Shown piece by piece: positions 39,830 through 53,334 of a stretch of DNA of 64,000 nucleotides. A program made the position numbers and the translations under genes. Source of the stretch: Octopus sinensis (taxonomy: Eukaryota); assembly GCF_006345805.1 (NCBI RefSeq), contig NC_043002.1:31186001-31250000 (forward strand), written 5' to 3'. Position 1 is the first letter of the stretch. The number at the start of each line of letters is the position of its first letter. The notes under the pieces are model-generated. The model worked only from the letters and a program-made list of their open reading frames with translations, made no database searches and was not told the DNA's origin.

Positions 39830-42800
39830 CAGTAGTTTTATTTTTATAGCGTGCTTTCACTTCACTACCGAGCGCAGCTCTGTGTGCCTTGGGTATGTGC
39901 TGTGATTTGTTGTGATGCTCTGATGGTTAGTGTATGGAAAGTGTTCTGCGTAGTATGTGTGCAGTGCCTAGTAGTGCAATTTTTTGTATGTTATATGTGT
40001 TTGTAAGTCCTGGTGTTTTTGTTATGTATTTGTCTGAATATTTTTTTATCATGCCTAATGCACCTACTATGATAGGAATTGTTTCTGTTTTCAGGTTCTA
40101 CATTCTAGTTATCTCTATTTCCAGGTCTTTGTATTTTGAGAGTTTCTCCATTTCTTTTAGTGACACGTTGTCATCTGCCGGTATTGATACATCAATTAGA
40201 AAGCATTTTTTTTCTTCATGATCTCTGACAACTATATCTGGTCTGTTGGACTTAATTTCTCTATCTATGTGTATCGGCATATCCCAGAGTATGGTTGCTT
40301 TCTCGTTTTTGTGACCTTTTCTGGTGTGTGCCTATACCATCTTTTTCTGTTGTTATTCCATAATGTTGGCATAGCTTCCAATGTATGTAGGTTCCAACTC
40401 TGTCATGTCTGTGAATATATTCCTTCTTAGCCAGGACTGGGCAGCTAGAGATAATATGATTTATTGTTTCTTGTCCATCTCCACATATTCTGCAGTTACT
40501 TTAATATATTTCTTTTCATTACATGGTTTTGGTAATTTCTGGTGGGGAGGCTTTGGTCTTGTGCTGCAATTAAAATCCCTCTGTTTCTGCTTTGAGTCCT
40601 GAGCTTCTCAACCATTGCTGGGATTTTTCTTTGTCTATTTCTTTTGCGTTTAGTTTAGTCCAGTATTTACCATGAAGGGGCTTTTCTTGCCATCGTTTTA
40701 TCATGGCTCGTTGCTGTTCTATTTTTAGTTTGGATTTCATTTGTTTTATAGCTTTTGTTGTTTCTTCATCATCTTCTTCTTCTTCTGTTGTTTTATTAGG
40801 TGGTATGATTTCTTGTTTGTATTTGTCAGCTTCCTTAAATACTGAGAGCAGTTTTTGTTTTGCTCGTGTTTTGCTGCTATCTGGATCAGTTTTCTTCCTT
40901 CTGAAGTAGGTATTTTTGCAGTCCTATGGTGGTTATTTTATAGTAGTTTCCCAGCTGTATAATAAGGCTTCTACCACCTTCTATACGTTGTATATATAGT
41001 CTTTCTATGTCAGATTTTGGTGATGCATCCTAGATCCTGTCAGTATTTTTCTTGTTTTCCTATCTATTTTGGACAGTTCATTTGTGTCCAGTTAAGGATA
41101 TTGTAGCTGTAACTTATAACTGGGACAGCTAAAGTGTTGATACCTATTATCTTGTTTTTAGCATTGAGCTCTGTTTTTAGTATTGATCTAACTCGTCTAT
41201 AATATTCTTTTTTTTATTTTCTCTTTCATTTGTGTGTATTGTGTCTTATCTAGTTCATGGATTCCTAAGTATTTGTAAGTTTGGCTTTGGTCTAATTCTT
41301 TTATTTCATTGGTTTTATCTAGTGTGATGTTGTTACTCTTACTAGTTTTCCTCCTCTTTTCATGGTTACTTTGGCGCATTTTTCTAATCCAAATTTCATA
41401 TCTATTTCTTTGGTAAATCCATGAACTGTCTTTAATAGTGTTTCCAGCTGTTTGTCATTTGCAGCGTATAGTTTTAGGTCATCCATATATAAAAGGTGGC
41501 TGATCGTTTTGCCGTAACATTTATATCCGCATCCAGTTCTATTTAGCATATCAGATAGAGGTGACAGTGCCAAGCAGAAAAGGAGTGAGAGAGCGTGTCT
41601 CCCTGGAATATTCCTCTTCTAATGGGGATGTCTTTGGTTTTCATGAGTCCCTCTTTTGTTTGGAGGTGTAGGACTGTTTGCCATTATTCATAGAGTGCTC
41701 TATGAATTTTATGATTGTTGGTGCTACTTTGTTAATGGCTAGTGTTTCGAGGATCCATGTGTGGGGGATGCTATCAAACGCCTTTTTGTAGTCAATCCAG
41801 GCCATACTGAGACCTTTCTTCTTTCTGTGGCTGTCTTCAGTTACGGCTTTATTAATCATTAGTTGATCTTTACAGCCATATGAGCCCTTGCGTCATCCTT
41901 TCTGCTCTTCTGGGAACAGTTTGTTTTCGTCCAGGTGCTTGTTCAGCCTTTGCGATATCACTGCAGTAAATGCCTTGAACATAGTAGGGAGGCAGGTTAT
42001 TGGTCTGTAGTTTTCTGGTTTTTGTTTGTTTCATTTGATTTGGGAATTAAGATGGTTTTCCCCTTCGTGAGCCATTCAGGCATTGTCTCTGGCTCTGCTA
42101 GTATGCTGTTAAGTTTTCAGCCAGCTTTTTGTGCATTCCTGTTAGATATTTCAACCAGAAGTTGGGGATCTTGTCATGCCCAGGTGCCTTCCAGTTGCTT
42201 AGTTTTTGCAGTGCCTGGGTGACCTCTTCAGTTGTTATGGGGGTCCAAAGTTGTTCAGATGCCGAGTTTGTTATTTTCATACTCCTTTTTTTTGGCTGTT
42301 CGTTCGCCGACCATATTTCTCTCTAGAATTCTTCCAATTCTTCTGCCGTTGGTGCTGCAGTGACTTCTATTTTATTTTTGCCCAGTTCTTGATAGAACTT
42401 TTTGGGGTCGGAGTTGAACTTTTTGTTCTGTTCAAAGAAGCGTTGGCGTTTCTCGTACCGGCGGATTCTTTGAGCTTTGGCAAGGATATCTTGCTTCAGC
42501 TTTTCTTTTATCTCCGGCAAATCTTTTTCTGTGATGTTATATTTGCGGAGCATTTTTGTTCTCTTTTTGTTGCTTAGTAGCGTTGCTTGTTTGCTGATTT
42601 CATTAAGAATCGACAGGTCTTTTCTAATTTTTTTTTATTTTGTTTTGGATGTTATTTATCCACAGGGTTTTTTTGGATGGTGGTACTCCTGTTTGGGCGG
42701 GTTTGGGTGAGTATCCAGCTTCTTTTGTGGCTGCAGTGGCTGCTGCGTATATCAAGTCATTTAGTTCAGTGATATCACTTTTTTTTGTTTCAGTGGCTAG

Positions 42801-43822
42801 TTCAGTGACGGCTAGGTTTATGTTGTTTATAATTGGTGTTGTCATTGCGTTTATTTTTATTCTTGGGAGGTATGGTCAGTGGTCCATTTTGGGCTCTGTG
42901 GTTTTCAGTTCTTTGATTATTTTATTTTTTATATTATCATAATCATTAGGCTCCCCTTCGTTGTTTTTACATCGTGTTTGTTGGAATGTTGCGTTTGTCT
43001 TCGTGTTTTACAGTTTCAGTGTTTATATTATTGGGCATTGTTGTGTGGCTTCTATCTACATTTTCCTGGTGTATTTTTTCTTTTAAATGTTCTATTTCTA
43101 TTTCTGATATTTTTTTGGCTTTGAGAATGTATCTTCGTACGTTAGCTAATTTATTAGGGTTCATTGCTGTATCCAAGTCTATATCTCTATTATTTTCCTT
43201 CCATATTTTATATGTATGTGTTGTTGTATTTTCATTTTGTGGGTAGAGCATTGCTGTGAAGTATGCGTGTAAGATAGAAATGTATTCCTCACGTGTCCAT
43301 TTACGTCTTTTGGGTTTTAATTGCGGGACATGAGGTACAACGTCCGGCCCATTATTTTGACGGTCGTCGTTTTCGTAGGTTACCGGTCCGTTTATTTCTG
43401 TTGTCACATTATTTCGCACGTGTAGTTTTTCGTACATTTTTTGTTGTAGGTTAATGTACGTACCGCTCGATTGTTATTCTTGGTTGAATAGTATCGGTGG
43501 CATTTAATTTCTTCGTAGTTCCTTTGTACATGGTGTTTGAGGTCGGGGATGATCGTGTTGTTCCACGCATGTTTACATGTGTTGTGTTAGAGGTGGAGAT
43601 AATATCGAGTCAAAATACATCATTTCGTTTCGAAAATAGTAATAAATTTCAATTAGTATTACTTACTGCGGATATAGTCCAATTCATTGTTAGTAAATCT
43701 TTGGCTCCATAGGGTGTCCTTGTTTTCGATGTTTGTGTATAGATTTCGGAGCTCTGTATTTTCCTTCTTACATCTTAAACGTCCCCGGTGTCTCCTCTTA
43801 CAACTTAAACGTCCCTGGTGTC

Positions 43823-43823
<1 letters not shown>
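39830..43823 (-). mobile_element. Near-full-length, decayed Dong/R4-type RLE retrotransposon
   Basis: N-terminal RRKWTREE...LANVRR block; KAPGHDKI, AWIDYKKAFDS and HLLYMDDLKL RT motifs; NRPDIVV...IDVSIP...KLSKYKDL RLE; LLGTAHILRRTLS* end; many stops and frameshifts; (TAA)n at both ends. Confidence 0.93.
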
Positions 43824-43882
<59 letters not shown>

Positions 43883-44880
43883 TATTATTATTATTATTAT
43901 TATTATTATCATTATTATATTAGCAATTGTTCAAAGCAATCCACTGGGGTTTATAGTATTTATTTAATGAGAGCAATCCAGAGCAAGGATTAGCATGAGA
44001 ACCCTGGACCAAAGCACTTCCTAATACTAAGTGAGTACATGCACTGTGTCAACACAGAGTTTGGCCCTGAATGTGTTGATTCTTTACAGCGTTTACACCT
44101 GCAAGGTTACTTTCTGGAAAAAGTATCAAAATATGCCCGACAAGAATGCGATTTGACACGTGACTGCCATACAGTCAACGAAAATACGATGAGGGAATGA
44201 TCTTCAAGGGATAACTAATCCATTATGCATGAAATATAAAAAATGCTAACCAGTTGGTAGTTAAAATACTTACTTAAATATCAATAGAAGTTTCTACAAG
44301 CATTCAAAAATTCTTGAAATTTGCAAACAACTTTAAAATTTTATATTTGTACCCTTTCATGAGGTAACGGAGGTTTATCTCCCGCTAGCGATATGAACGA
44401 GTTATTTTGCACCAAAAAGCCAATATGTGAGTTCCTTTCATGATAACTACTGCAGTATAGTTCATTCAAACAGAACATCCACATTTAAGTGTGGGTAAAC
44501 ATTACCTCTCGCTAACATAGACTTCTTTAAAAGGTTAAGCAAACGTATGTACCATAGTGGATAAGTGAGCTAATAATTCTGAATATTATTCCTTTATTTC
44601 TCGGTTTGACATAGAACTTCTATGATGACATCCCTTGTATCTTATTATATAAATGCGTAGCGGGGATACTTTGTCTTATAATTTTCAGCGGGTCCTTTAC
44701 AGCTTTTCGTTTCACTATGTTCTGCAAGATTGACCTTATGTCGATAGATTAATGGTTTCGAAAGAGATGTGTCATGGAGAGAAGAGTCAGTAGAATTGGT
44801 AGAATTAATTGGAGGGAAGAATATTGTGTATCCGTTGTAGAAGTGTAACTTGATACTGGTATTGGAATCGGTGTCAAGTA

Positions 44881-45000
44881 GGTTTTATTGAATATTTTAT
44901 ATCTTCAGTATACTGGGAAATTTATATTTATAAACTTTCAAAGAGTATTGGCAATATTAAAATAATTTGTTAAACCATAGAGAGGAATGTTCCATATAAT
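44881..45000 (-). pseudogene. Penelope-like post-RT remnant
   Basis: IIWNIPLY....NI...L*KFI..NFP...YKIFNK resembles the PLE IIWFNPP...FP...KIFN motif. Confidence 0.45.
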
Positions 45001-45227
45001 ATACTACAACCATTCGTTAAGTTTAGTGTGACAGCAATATTAACCGATACCTAATATAAAGATGTTAATTAAACCATACTTAAATTCGTATCGAGTGTTA
45101 TTTTCTTTAAATATAATTCGTTGAATGTGTCGCTAAAATTCCCTTCAATTGAATCAATTTGCCTAGCCATTCATAATTTGCCCCGCTATCCGTAACAGGA
45201 CATCTTCCAAATTAAGCGTAAAGTGTA

Positions 45228-45627
45228 TACTCTTTACTCTTTTACTTGTTTCAGTCATTTGACTGCGGCTATGCTGGAGCACCGCCTTTAGTCGAGCAAA
45301 TCGACCCCGGGACTTATTCTTTATAAGCCCAGTACTTATTCTATCGGTATGTTTTGCCGAACCGCTAAGTTATGGGGACGTAAACACACCAGCATCGGTT
45401 GTCAAGCAATGCTAAGGGGACAAACACACACAAAATCATACATATATATATATACATATATACGACAGGCTTCTTTCAGTTTCCGTCTACCAAATCCACT
45501 CACAAGGCATTGGTCGGCCCTAGGCTATAGTAGAAGACACTTGCCCAAGATGTCACGCAGTGGGACTGAACCCGGAACCATGTGGTTGGTTAGCAAGCTA
45601 CTTTACCACACAGCCACTCCTGCGTAT
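45228..45627 (-). mobile_element. Full-length SINE family A
   Basis: Highly similar to 33125-33505 along its length; (GAGTAAA)n-type tail. Confidence 0.93.
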
Positions 45628-47734
45628 AGTCGTTTTCATTTACAAATTGCAGGCGCAGTTTAAGCTTACACTATATTAAACAATACTTGCCCATTAGATT
45701 TAACCAAAGAATGCTTATTGCATGACAGTAAATGTATTTTCGCTTACATAAGAATATTAAGCGAGAACTACAATTTAAAATAAAGGCGCTACTGTCTTCT
45801 AAGTTTGAAGGAAGAGGAATTTAGTTATGATCTCTTATAAAATGTACATGTCTAATTACATCCTATAACAAACATACATATGATTGGACCACTTGATAGC
45901 CGATGCACCATTATTACTTAACAGAAGAGAAGAATAATGAGAAATGCTAAAAATATCAGAATCTACAATATATTTAGTCACTCAACTGAACTGGGTTTCA
46001 GTGGATTTATTAAGACTGAGTTTGTGTAATGAGTTTTATATGTAATATCAGGTGCACGTACGGCTGAGCATTTTACCTCATTGTCCTTATTTTGGTTGCT
46101 TGCTATTTCTTGTGTTTCTAAATTAAATTTATGGTGATATGTACAGGAGTTAAATTTATCATAGCTGTTGGTGATAACATTTGAAAATAGGTTATATTAT
46201 TATGCAGTTATTATTTTCGTATTTTTAATTCTGTCCAAAGAAACATGTCTGCGTTTATACTTTATGGAATTTAATTATACCTTCTATAAATTGCCTTGAT
46301 AAGTATTGGATGTTACAAGACTTACGCTTTGATTCCGTCAAGACGGTCACACTCAAAATGAATTCCGTGTTATTTTCTTTGTGTGAGGAGGAAGGCATTT
46401 ATGTTATCCGAAGCCGAACTAACTTTTCATGAAAGTATCTCTATTTTCTAATATGTCTTCCATTTTATCTTCTTAATTACATCTTCGCTCTTTTCACTGA
46501 TTCACTTCATGAAATGTTTTCTGGATAGTGTCAGGAATTCTTTGCAGACACTTTCAACAGTATGTGTCTTTTTAAAGCATTTATTCATCCAATTATGGTG
46601 TCTCTCTTGCATAGAACATCAATACAGAGTTTGCAAAAACTCATTTCAATAACTTAGCTATGTATTTACATCGTAATTAGTAACCCGTATTGACGATAAT
46701 GCATAGGTCGTGGATTTTTCATAAAACTACGGTGCATAATTTGTTTCGGATTCCGTACATTACATATAAATGTTTTTATATCAATATATAACTAAAATAT
46801 TGCTTTCTAACTTTAACTACATAGTTTAATTTCAGATATATGAGACGACGCACTTTAAATATTCTTTTTGATAATTTAAATGTATTGCTCTTAAATAGTA
46901 CATATTCAGGTTGGCCTGTGACTGTGAATAAGTATACGCAGTCGAAATAGACAAGCGATGATTAATTTTATACTGTTCCTGAGGTTTATATTTTGCGATG
47001 TCTCAATTTTCGAAGCACAACTGCTATCTCATAACTGATACAGTTGTAGTGAAACAGTTCTAATGGCTCATCGCAGATACGCGACAAAAATTTGAAACCT
47101 AATAAAATAAAAATGTAGATTTAAAATGTATTTAACATTTTTGTGGGCTTTTAAAATCTCTCTTCTATTATGTAGCTTTAAATGTAATCTAAAACTGGGA
47201 AAAGAAAATCAGAGGTAAAGAATGTGGTCTTGTACAATTTTGTAAGACTCTTGTCTAATTTTACACACATTGCTCTGCTTCAACACACAGATTGGAGAGC
47301 TTAGTCCAAACCATTAATGTAATGTATACGTACAAATTCTCGCATATGCACACAATAACACTCCATTCATTCCATTCACAAAGTTTATATTCATTCTCAT
47401 TTTAAAGAAATGGTTCAAACTATTTGAGTTTGATTGGGTGAATTTCTAAACTGACAATTTAAATGTCGAACATTGCAACAACAGCCATTAAGATTTCACT
47501 GTGAGCAGGCCACGTGGGAATTGTTCTCAATTTTCCTTCATTAAACCTTTTGAATACTTTAATATTTTAAATGACTTAATCCGAAACATTACTGTTTCTG
47601 CCAATCACCGGAGTTCATATTATAATTTATTAAGGATCACAACAGACACCTTTTTTTGTCAGCTGTCAGGAAGCACATAGAGGAAGTTGACCTAGATGAT
47701 GATGACGATGATGATGATGATGATAATGGTGTCA

Positions 47735-48405
47735 AAATTTAGAACAAGATCAGCAATTTTGGTGTGCGTGGTAAGTCGATTATAACGACCCCCAGTACTC
47801 CACTGGTACTTATTTAATCAACCCCTAAAGGATGAAATTCAAAGTCGATCTCGACGGAAATTGAATTTAGAACGTACAGACGGACAAAATGCTGCTGAGC
47901 ATTTTGCCCGGCACGCTAATGATTCTGCCACCTTACCAACTGGCATGTTTTAATGAATTAAGAGCAAACATTTTTAACCCCGTCATATATGCTATGAATA
48001 TTTTTAACGCATCATAAAGATATTCTTTTCTACTTTAGACACAAGGCCCGAAATTTTGGGCGAGGCGGCCAGTCGATTAGATCGACTCCAATACGCAACT
48101 GGTACTTAATTTGTCGACCCCGAAAGAATGAAAAGCAAAGCCAACCTCAGCGGAATTTGAACTCAGAACGTAGCGGCATATGAAATATCTATTTCTTTAC
48201 TACCTACAATGGGCTAAACATAGAGGAGACAAACGGATTAAGTCGATTATATCGACCTCAGTGCGTAACTAGTACATAATTTATCGACCCCGAAAGGATG
48301 AAAGGCAAAGTCGACCTCGGCGGAATTGAACTCAGAATATGAATACAGACGAAGTACCACTCAGCATTTCGCCCAGCGTGCCAACGTTTCTGCCTGCTCG
48401 CAGCC
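47735..48405 (-). mobile_element. Cluster of three same-orientation SINE family B copies
   Basis: Repeated CGACCCCGAAAG(G/A)ATGAAA...GGAATT(T)GAACTCAGAA cores at about 47.8, 48.1 and 48.3 kb; the 47.8-kb copy is more diverged. Confidence 0.85.
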
Positions 48406-49026
48406 TTCGAATCATAATTGACACATAATATTTTACTTTCGGCGTTTTTGCCCTCTGATTATAGTGTGACCATCAATTTGTTTGCTAAAAGTGATGGAAA
48501 TAGAAGCGCTGCCTCTATCGAAATAAAAATCAGCCTACATAAATATCAGTCGACACCTGAACATTGAATAAAGATATCTTTGACAAAAAATAACGAAACA
48601 GTTACGGATAGTATTCTGAAATAAAGTAGTTCCGAATAAAGATGGTACAAGTTACGACTAGAATGCATTTTATCAAAGTTTGCTGGCTAGGGGGATATAG
48701 AAATAAACAGTAAGCATATTATTTTGTATAGTGAATTCTCAACGCTTGTGGTTAGCAGTAAGAGATGATCTATCTCTATAATGACAAAAAATGCAAACTT
48801 ATTTGAAGATACACGTTTGATGAATTCCCCACCTCGCTGCCCAGGAAAATCCACTAATATATTACACCTGCTTAGTTTCATCAGAGAAATTAAACATGTA
48901 CACCTACATATATATATGCGTGCGTATACACACACCACACAGACACAGACACACGCATATATATACATATCTATATATACATGTATACACGCACCTATAT
49001 ATGCATGTCTATGTATATATATAAAA

Positions 49027-49059
<33 letters not shown>

Positions 49060-49141
49060 AATATGATTATGTGTAACTATAAATACGTATATATACACAC
49101 ACACGCGTACATACATTACCTATATAAGTGTGTGAGTGAGA

Positions 49142-49210
<69 letters not shown>

Positions 49211-49815
49211 TGTGTGTGTGAATGAGTGAGTGTTTGTGCTATAACATCTTAATTAATATCAACCCATTGTTACACATCATGCTGAAATTTCTCTGATAAT
49301 CCAAATCTTAGCGTCTTTCTAAACGTCGCTTCAGTTTTTCCTTTAATTCTTCCTCTTTAATTATTTACATGTTAGGAAAGACACTGACGACGGCAAATGT
49401 CGAAGAATGAAGAAAAAAATAAAGTTTAAACAAAAACTGAAGGGACGATACGAAATTGTAATGAAAATCAATAGATAAGAACACAATGAAGACATGAAAT
49501 AAACTTCCCCTACACTCACACACACACACAAACACAACACGAAAACACTGCCGCCTTCATCACCAGAATCATCTATGCAGATTACAGCTGATCTGTTAAT
49601 AACAATATATGCCAAAGTTTCACCGTTATCTGATGGAGTTTAGGTGGATTCTGCTTTAAGTAGCTCAAGAAATTTCATTTAAAATTAGCAATAGACAAAT
49701 ACATGCATGCAAGTTCACATGCGCACATAAATGCCCGCTCAAACGCGTACTGATACATGTCCACACGCATATACCTAAATTCGCACATTGATGTGTCAAT
49801 GTTTGGATCTATCCT

Positions 49816-49856
<41 letters not shown>

Positions 49857-49923
49857 TTAACTCTATATATATACACACACATATAAAAACAAAACAAACA
49901 ATGGAACAAGAACGTTACAAGCG

Positions 49924-49968
<45 letters not shown>

Positions 49969-50320
49969 TATATATATAAATACACTGTAAGTTTAAACAC
50001 ATAAGAGGCATCCATCATAGGACTCCTTGCACGCTAGAGAGAACAGTTAAATTCTAAACCACTATCAGGGATAAAATTTCGATGGGGATGAAAAATAAAA
50101 ACATTTACCATCGGACACCTGGACCAATGGTTTCAGGCTTTTTTTTAGCAAATAAAATAATTTGCTAGGCGAAAACTTCTTCAGCAGGTACGTTTTAGAA
50201 TAGATATATATACACGAGACAATCCAGTATATGCCCCGTGCTTGTACATTCTAACTTTTCAAATCTACTGCGCAAGCGGTAGGTTTCTGATTACCCTTTG
50301 ATATTATTAATTATATATAT

Positions 50321-50515
50321 ACGGGGAGAATTCACAAAAAAACAACAACAGACGAAGACAGGTCGTATAGACAACAAGCAAATGCATTAGTTTAACACTC
50401 GAGGAGTGAAAAAGTCTTTAACATTTCGAGCCAAGTTCTTCCACAGAAAAGAACCCAGACAGAAAGAAGGTAAGAAAATAAAAGAATGTGTAGTGGCTAA
50501 CGATCTATCATGAGG
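50321..50515 (-). mobile_element. Second copy of the 13.2-kb hammerhead-like short element
   Basis: GACGAAGACAGG...ACTCGAGGAG...; minus strand CTGTGGA-A-GAAC-TTG-GCTC-GAAATGT-T-AAAG. Confidence 0.65.
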
Positions 50516-50516
50516 A

Positions 50517-50579
<63 letters not shown>

Positions 50580-50611
50580 ATGTATGTGTGTGTGTGTGTG
50601 TGGTGTGTGTT

Positions 50612-50774
50612 TGCAGGTGTGGCTGCGTGGTAAGTAGTTTGCTTCCAATCCAGCCCACATCATTCTGTGTTCGTTCCTTACTACGTGATACTTATGCCAA
50701 GTGCCTTTTACGGGCCTCGACCCCCAAAAAGTTTTTGTGAGTGGATTTGTTAGATGGAAAGTGAAAGAACTCCG

Positions 50775-50845
<71 letters not shown>

Positions 50846-50953
50846 TTAATTAAGTATGTAATATTATTACTAATCTTCGGATTTTAAATATGCTAAGCCA
50901 CTGGTTTTAATTTATTAATATCAAATTCTACCCTCTTTATTTAATTTATATAG

Positions 50954-51006
<53 letters not shown>

Positions 51007-51056
51007 GTGTGTGTGTGTGTGTGTGTGTATGTATGAATATATACACATATATATAT

Positions 51057-51118
<62 letters not shown>

Positions 51119-51232
51119 TTTACCACACGCACATATATATGTTTATGTTTGAGTTTGTCCCCCACAAACGATTGCTAATCGGTGTTGTATAGTTTATACC
51201 CCTATGACTTAGCGGCTCCGCAAAAGTGACCG
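50612..51232 (+). mobile_element. Diverged SINE family A with an expanded internal microsatellite
   Basis: Head at 50612-50780 and second half (TTTGTCCCC...TTAGCGGCTCCGCAAAAG) at 51140-51232. Confidence 0.7.
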
Positions 51233-51477
51233 ACACACACACACAAATATACACACATGTGTGTATATTTGTGTGTAAATGGAGACCATAAATGCCTGCT
51301 TGTGTTTATATGTAAGAATGTGTGCATGAATGTATGTGTGGTCGTGTATGTAGTATCTTTAATGCAATGTAATTTTTTTTCCTTTTAAGTGAATGATATA
51401 GTTTCGATGACCTCCCCAAAATGCATTACCGAGCTACGTTTAACCACAACGAAATTGTACCACATAAACTGCTTTCG

Positions 51478-51680
51478 AGTTTTGGCACAAGGCTAGCAAT
51501 TTCGTGGGAGTAATATGTCGATTAGATTAATCCCAGTGATGAACTGGCGCATATTTTATCGACCCCGAAAATATGAAATCAAAGTCGACCTGAGCAGAAT
51601 TTAACCTCTGATTGTATACACGGACGAAATATCGCTAAGCCTTTTATCCAGTGTCGGAACGATTCTGCCAGCTCGCAAAC
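51478..51680 (-). mobile_element. SINE family B
   Basis: GCGAGCTGGCAGAATCGTT head plus the family B core. Confidence 0.85.
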
Positions 51681-51980
51681 TTTTCGTATCATATAAATTA
51701 CAGCCATCGTTATTCCAACTCTAAATAAAAACTGGCTTTTATAACAACCATGAATCTCAGTGTCGTAAGATTAGATGAATTCAGAGAAGCAAAGGTTGTA
51801 GTAGTGGTGTAGAAGGAGAAGAAAATCAGATATATAAACTAGTGGCTGTAAAACATTCACAAGTGAGGAAATCGGAGGGGGTCTGTTTGGAGACGTTGTC
51901 ATTGAAATAAATACAACTACCAAATATGCACATGGGTAGAGTATACTCAACTACAAATACGGAATAATAATAATAATAAT

Positions 51981-52185
51981 CACTACCTAACTCAGATACC
52001 AGGAAACCCCAAAATGGCAGAAATTCAAAAGATAGTGCTCATGGGAACTGCTTATATCCTAAGCAAAATCCTTTCTATGTAATCTCAAGTTTTAAAACAA
52101 ACATAATTTTCGTTTTTTTTGTTTGTTTGTTTTTCGACATTCACTACTACAACACTAAATACAAAACCAAATATATGGCACACTA
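51981..52185 (+). mobile_element. Dong 3' fragment A
   Basis: YLTQIPGNPKMAEIQKIVLMGTAYILSKILSM* plus partial 3' UTR; preceded by (AAT)n. Confidence 0.9.
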
Positions 52186-52427
52186 AAGGGTAAAGACCCC
52201 CTTCGGTCATGAATGACCATGGGATTGCACCTAGAAAGTTACCCTCCTAGACACAAGTCCGGGCAAGGTTGTTTATGGAAGACCAGCAGTCGCCCATGCA
52301 TACCAGCCTCCCCTCTCCACGGCACCAGTGTTATCCAAGGGAAAGACAAAGGTCGATACAGCTTGGCACCAGTGACGTCGCAACTCATTTCTACAGCAGA
52401 GTGAACTGGAGCAACGTGAAATAAAGT
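52186..52427 (-). mobile_element. SINE family D lacking its tRNA head
   Basis: ACTTTATTTCACGTTGCTCCAGTTCAC body as at 21.7 kb, ending ...GACCGAAGGGGGTCTTTACCC. Confidence 0.75.
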
Positions 52428-52454
52428 ACTTATAATAATAATAATAATAATAAT

Positions 52455-52512
<58 letters not shown>

Positions 52513-52515
<3 letters not shown>

Positions 52516-52764
52516 GTGCTCATGGGAACAGCTCATATCCTACGCAAAATACTTTCTATGTAATCTCAAGTTTTAAACAAACATAATTTTCGTTTTTTTT
52601 GTTTGTTTGTTTTTCGACATTCACTACTACAACACTAAATACAAAACCAAATATATGGCACACTAGGCATAACAACAACGTGAACTTCCAACCTGTTGTG
52701 TCTTGAGGTCTCTGGTGAGACTTGGAGCCAACTTGTACAAATATAAAGCAAATGTCAAACATAG
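52513..52764 (+). mobile_element. Dong 3' fragment B with complete 3' UTR
   Basis: IVLMGTAHILRKILSM*...GTCAAACATAGA-(ATA)n; (AAT/AAC)n upstream. Confidence 0.9.
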
Positions 52765-52778
52765 AATAATAATAATAA

Positions 52779-53308
52779 ATGACCTGGTAGGTTCTCATCT
52801 TAACTGATTTAAAGTGTCATGATGTACACGTTTTCTCTTGGTATAAAAGATGGGCTACAGCAAATATTCTGCTCAGATTTGCTTATCAGTTGCTTGACCA
52901 TAACCAGTTGAGCATGTCCCTTGATGGCTGATGCTATATGCATCATTGATCAGGAGCAGAAGTAGTCGGGGAGCATCATAGCCATGTGTTGATAGGTATT
53001 AATTGGGGTATGAATAAGTCACCTCTGGAAACATGGGTATTTCATCCCACATACTCAAACGGCCCTTATTCAAGGAACAGTTGAGTGGGGTGGGTTTCTT
53101 AACCAGTAAAAAAAAATTGTAATTGGATCCCACGTGCAAGGTCATGCGCTCTTCATCTTGATATGAAATCACCATATCGCGCATATATAGTCGTGATACA
53201 TGTGCCTGCTAAACCCTTATCAGAATGGTAGTCATGATGAGTATAACTGAGCTTTGTATATTGTACCCCCATGGTCACATTCTCATGACATGCACTGCTC
53301 TCTCACTC
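52779..53308 (+). mobile_element. Unclassified non-coding interspersed element X, copy 1
   Basis: Reverse-complement homolog of 55982-56557; ends CTCTCTCACTC-(AAT)n and starts after (AAT)n. Confidence 0.8.
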
Positions 53309-53334
53309 AATAATAATAATAATGGCTTCATCTT

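Noticed and set aside
43700-43823. HDV-like ribozyme sought at the Dong 5' end and at the 5' end of element X
   Set aside because: No nested double-pseudoknot pairing could be identified by eye.
46200-46650. Possible decayed hAT transposase on the minus strand
   Set aside because: Only vague similarity with many stops; not supportable without a profile search.
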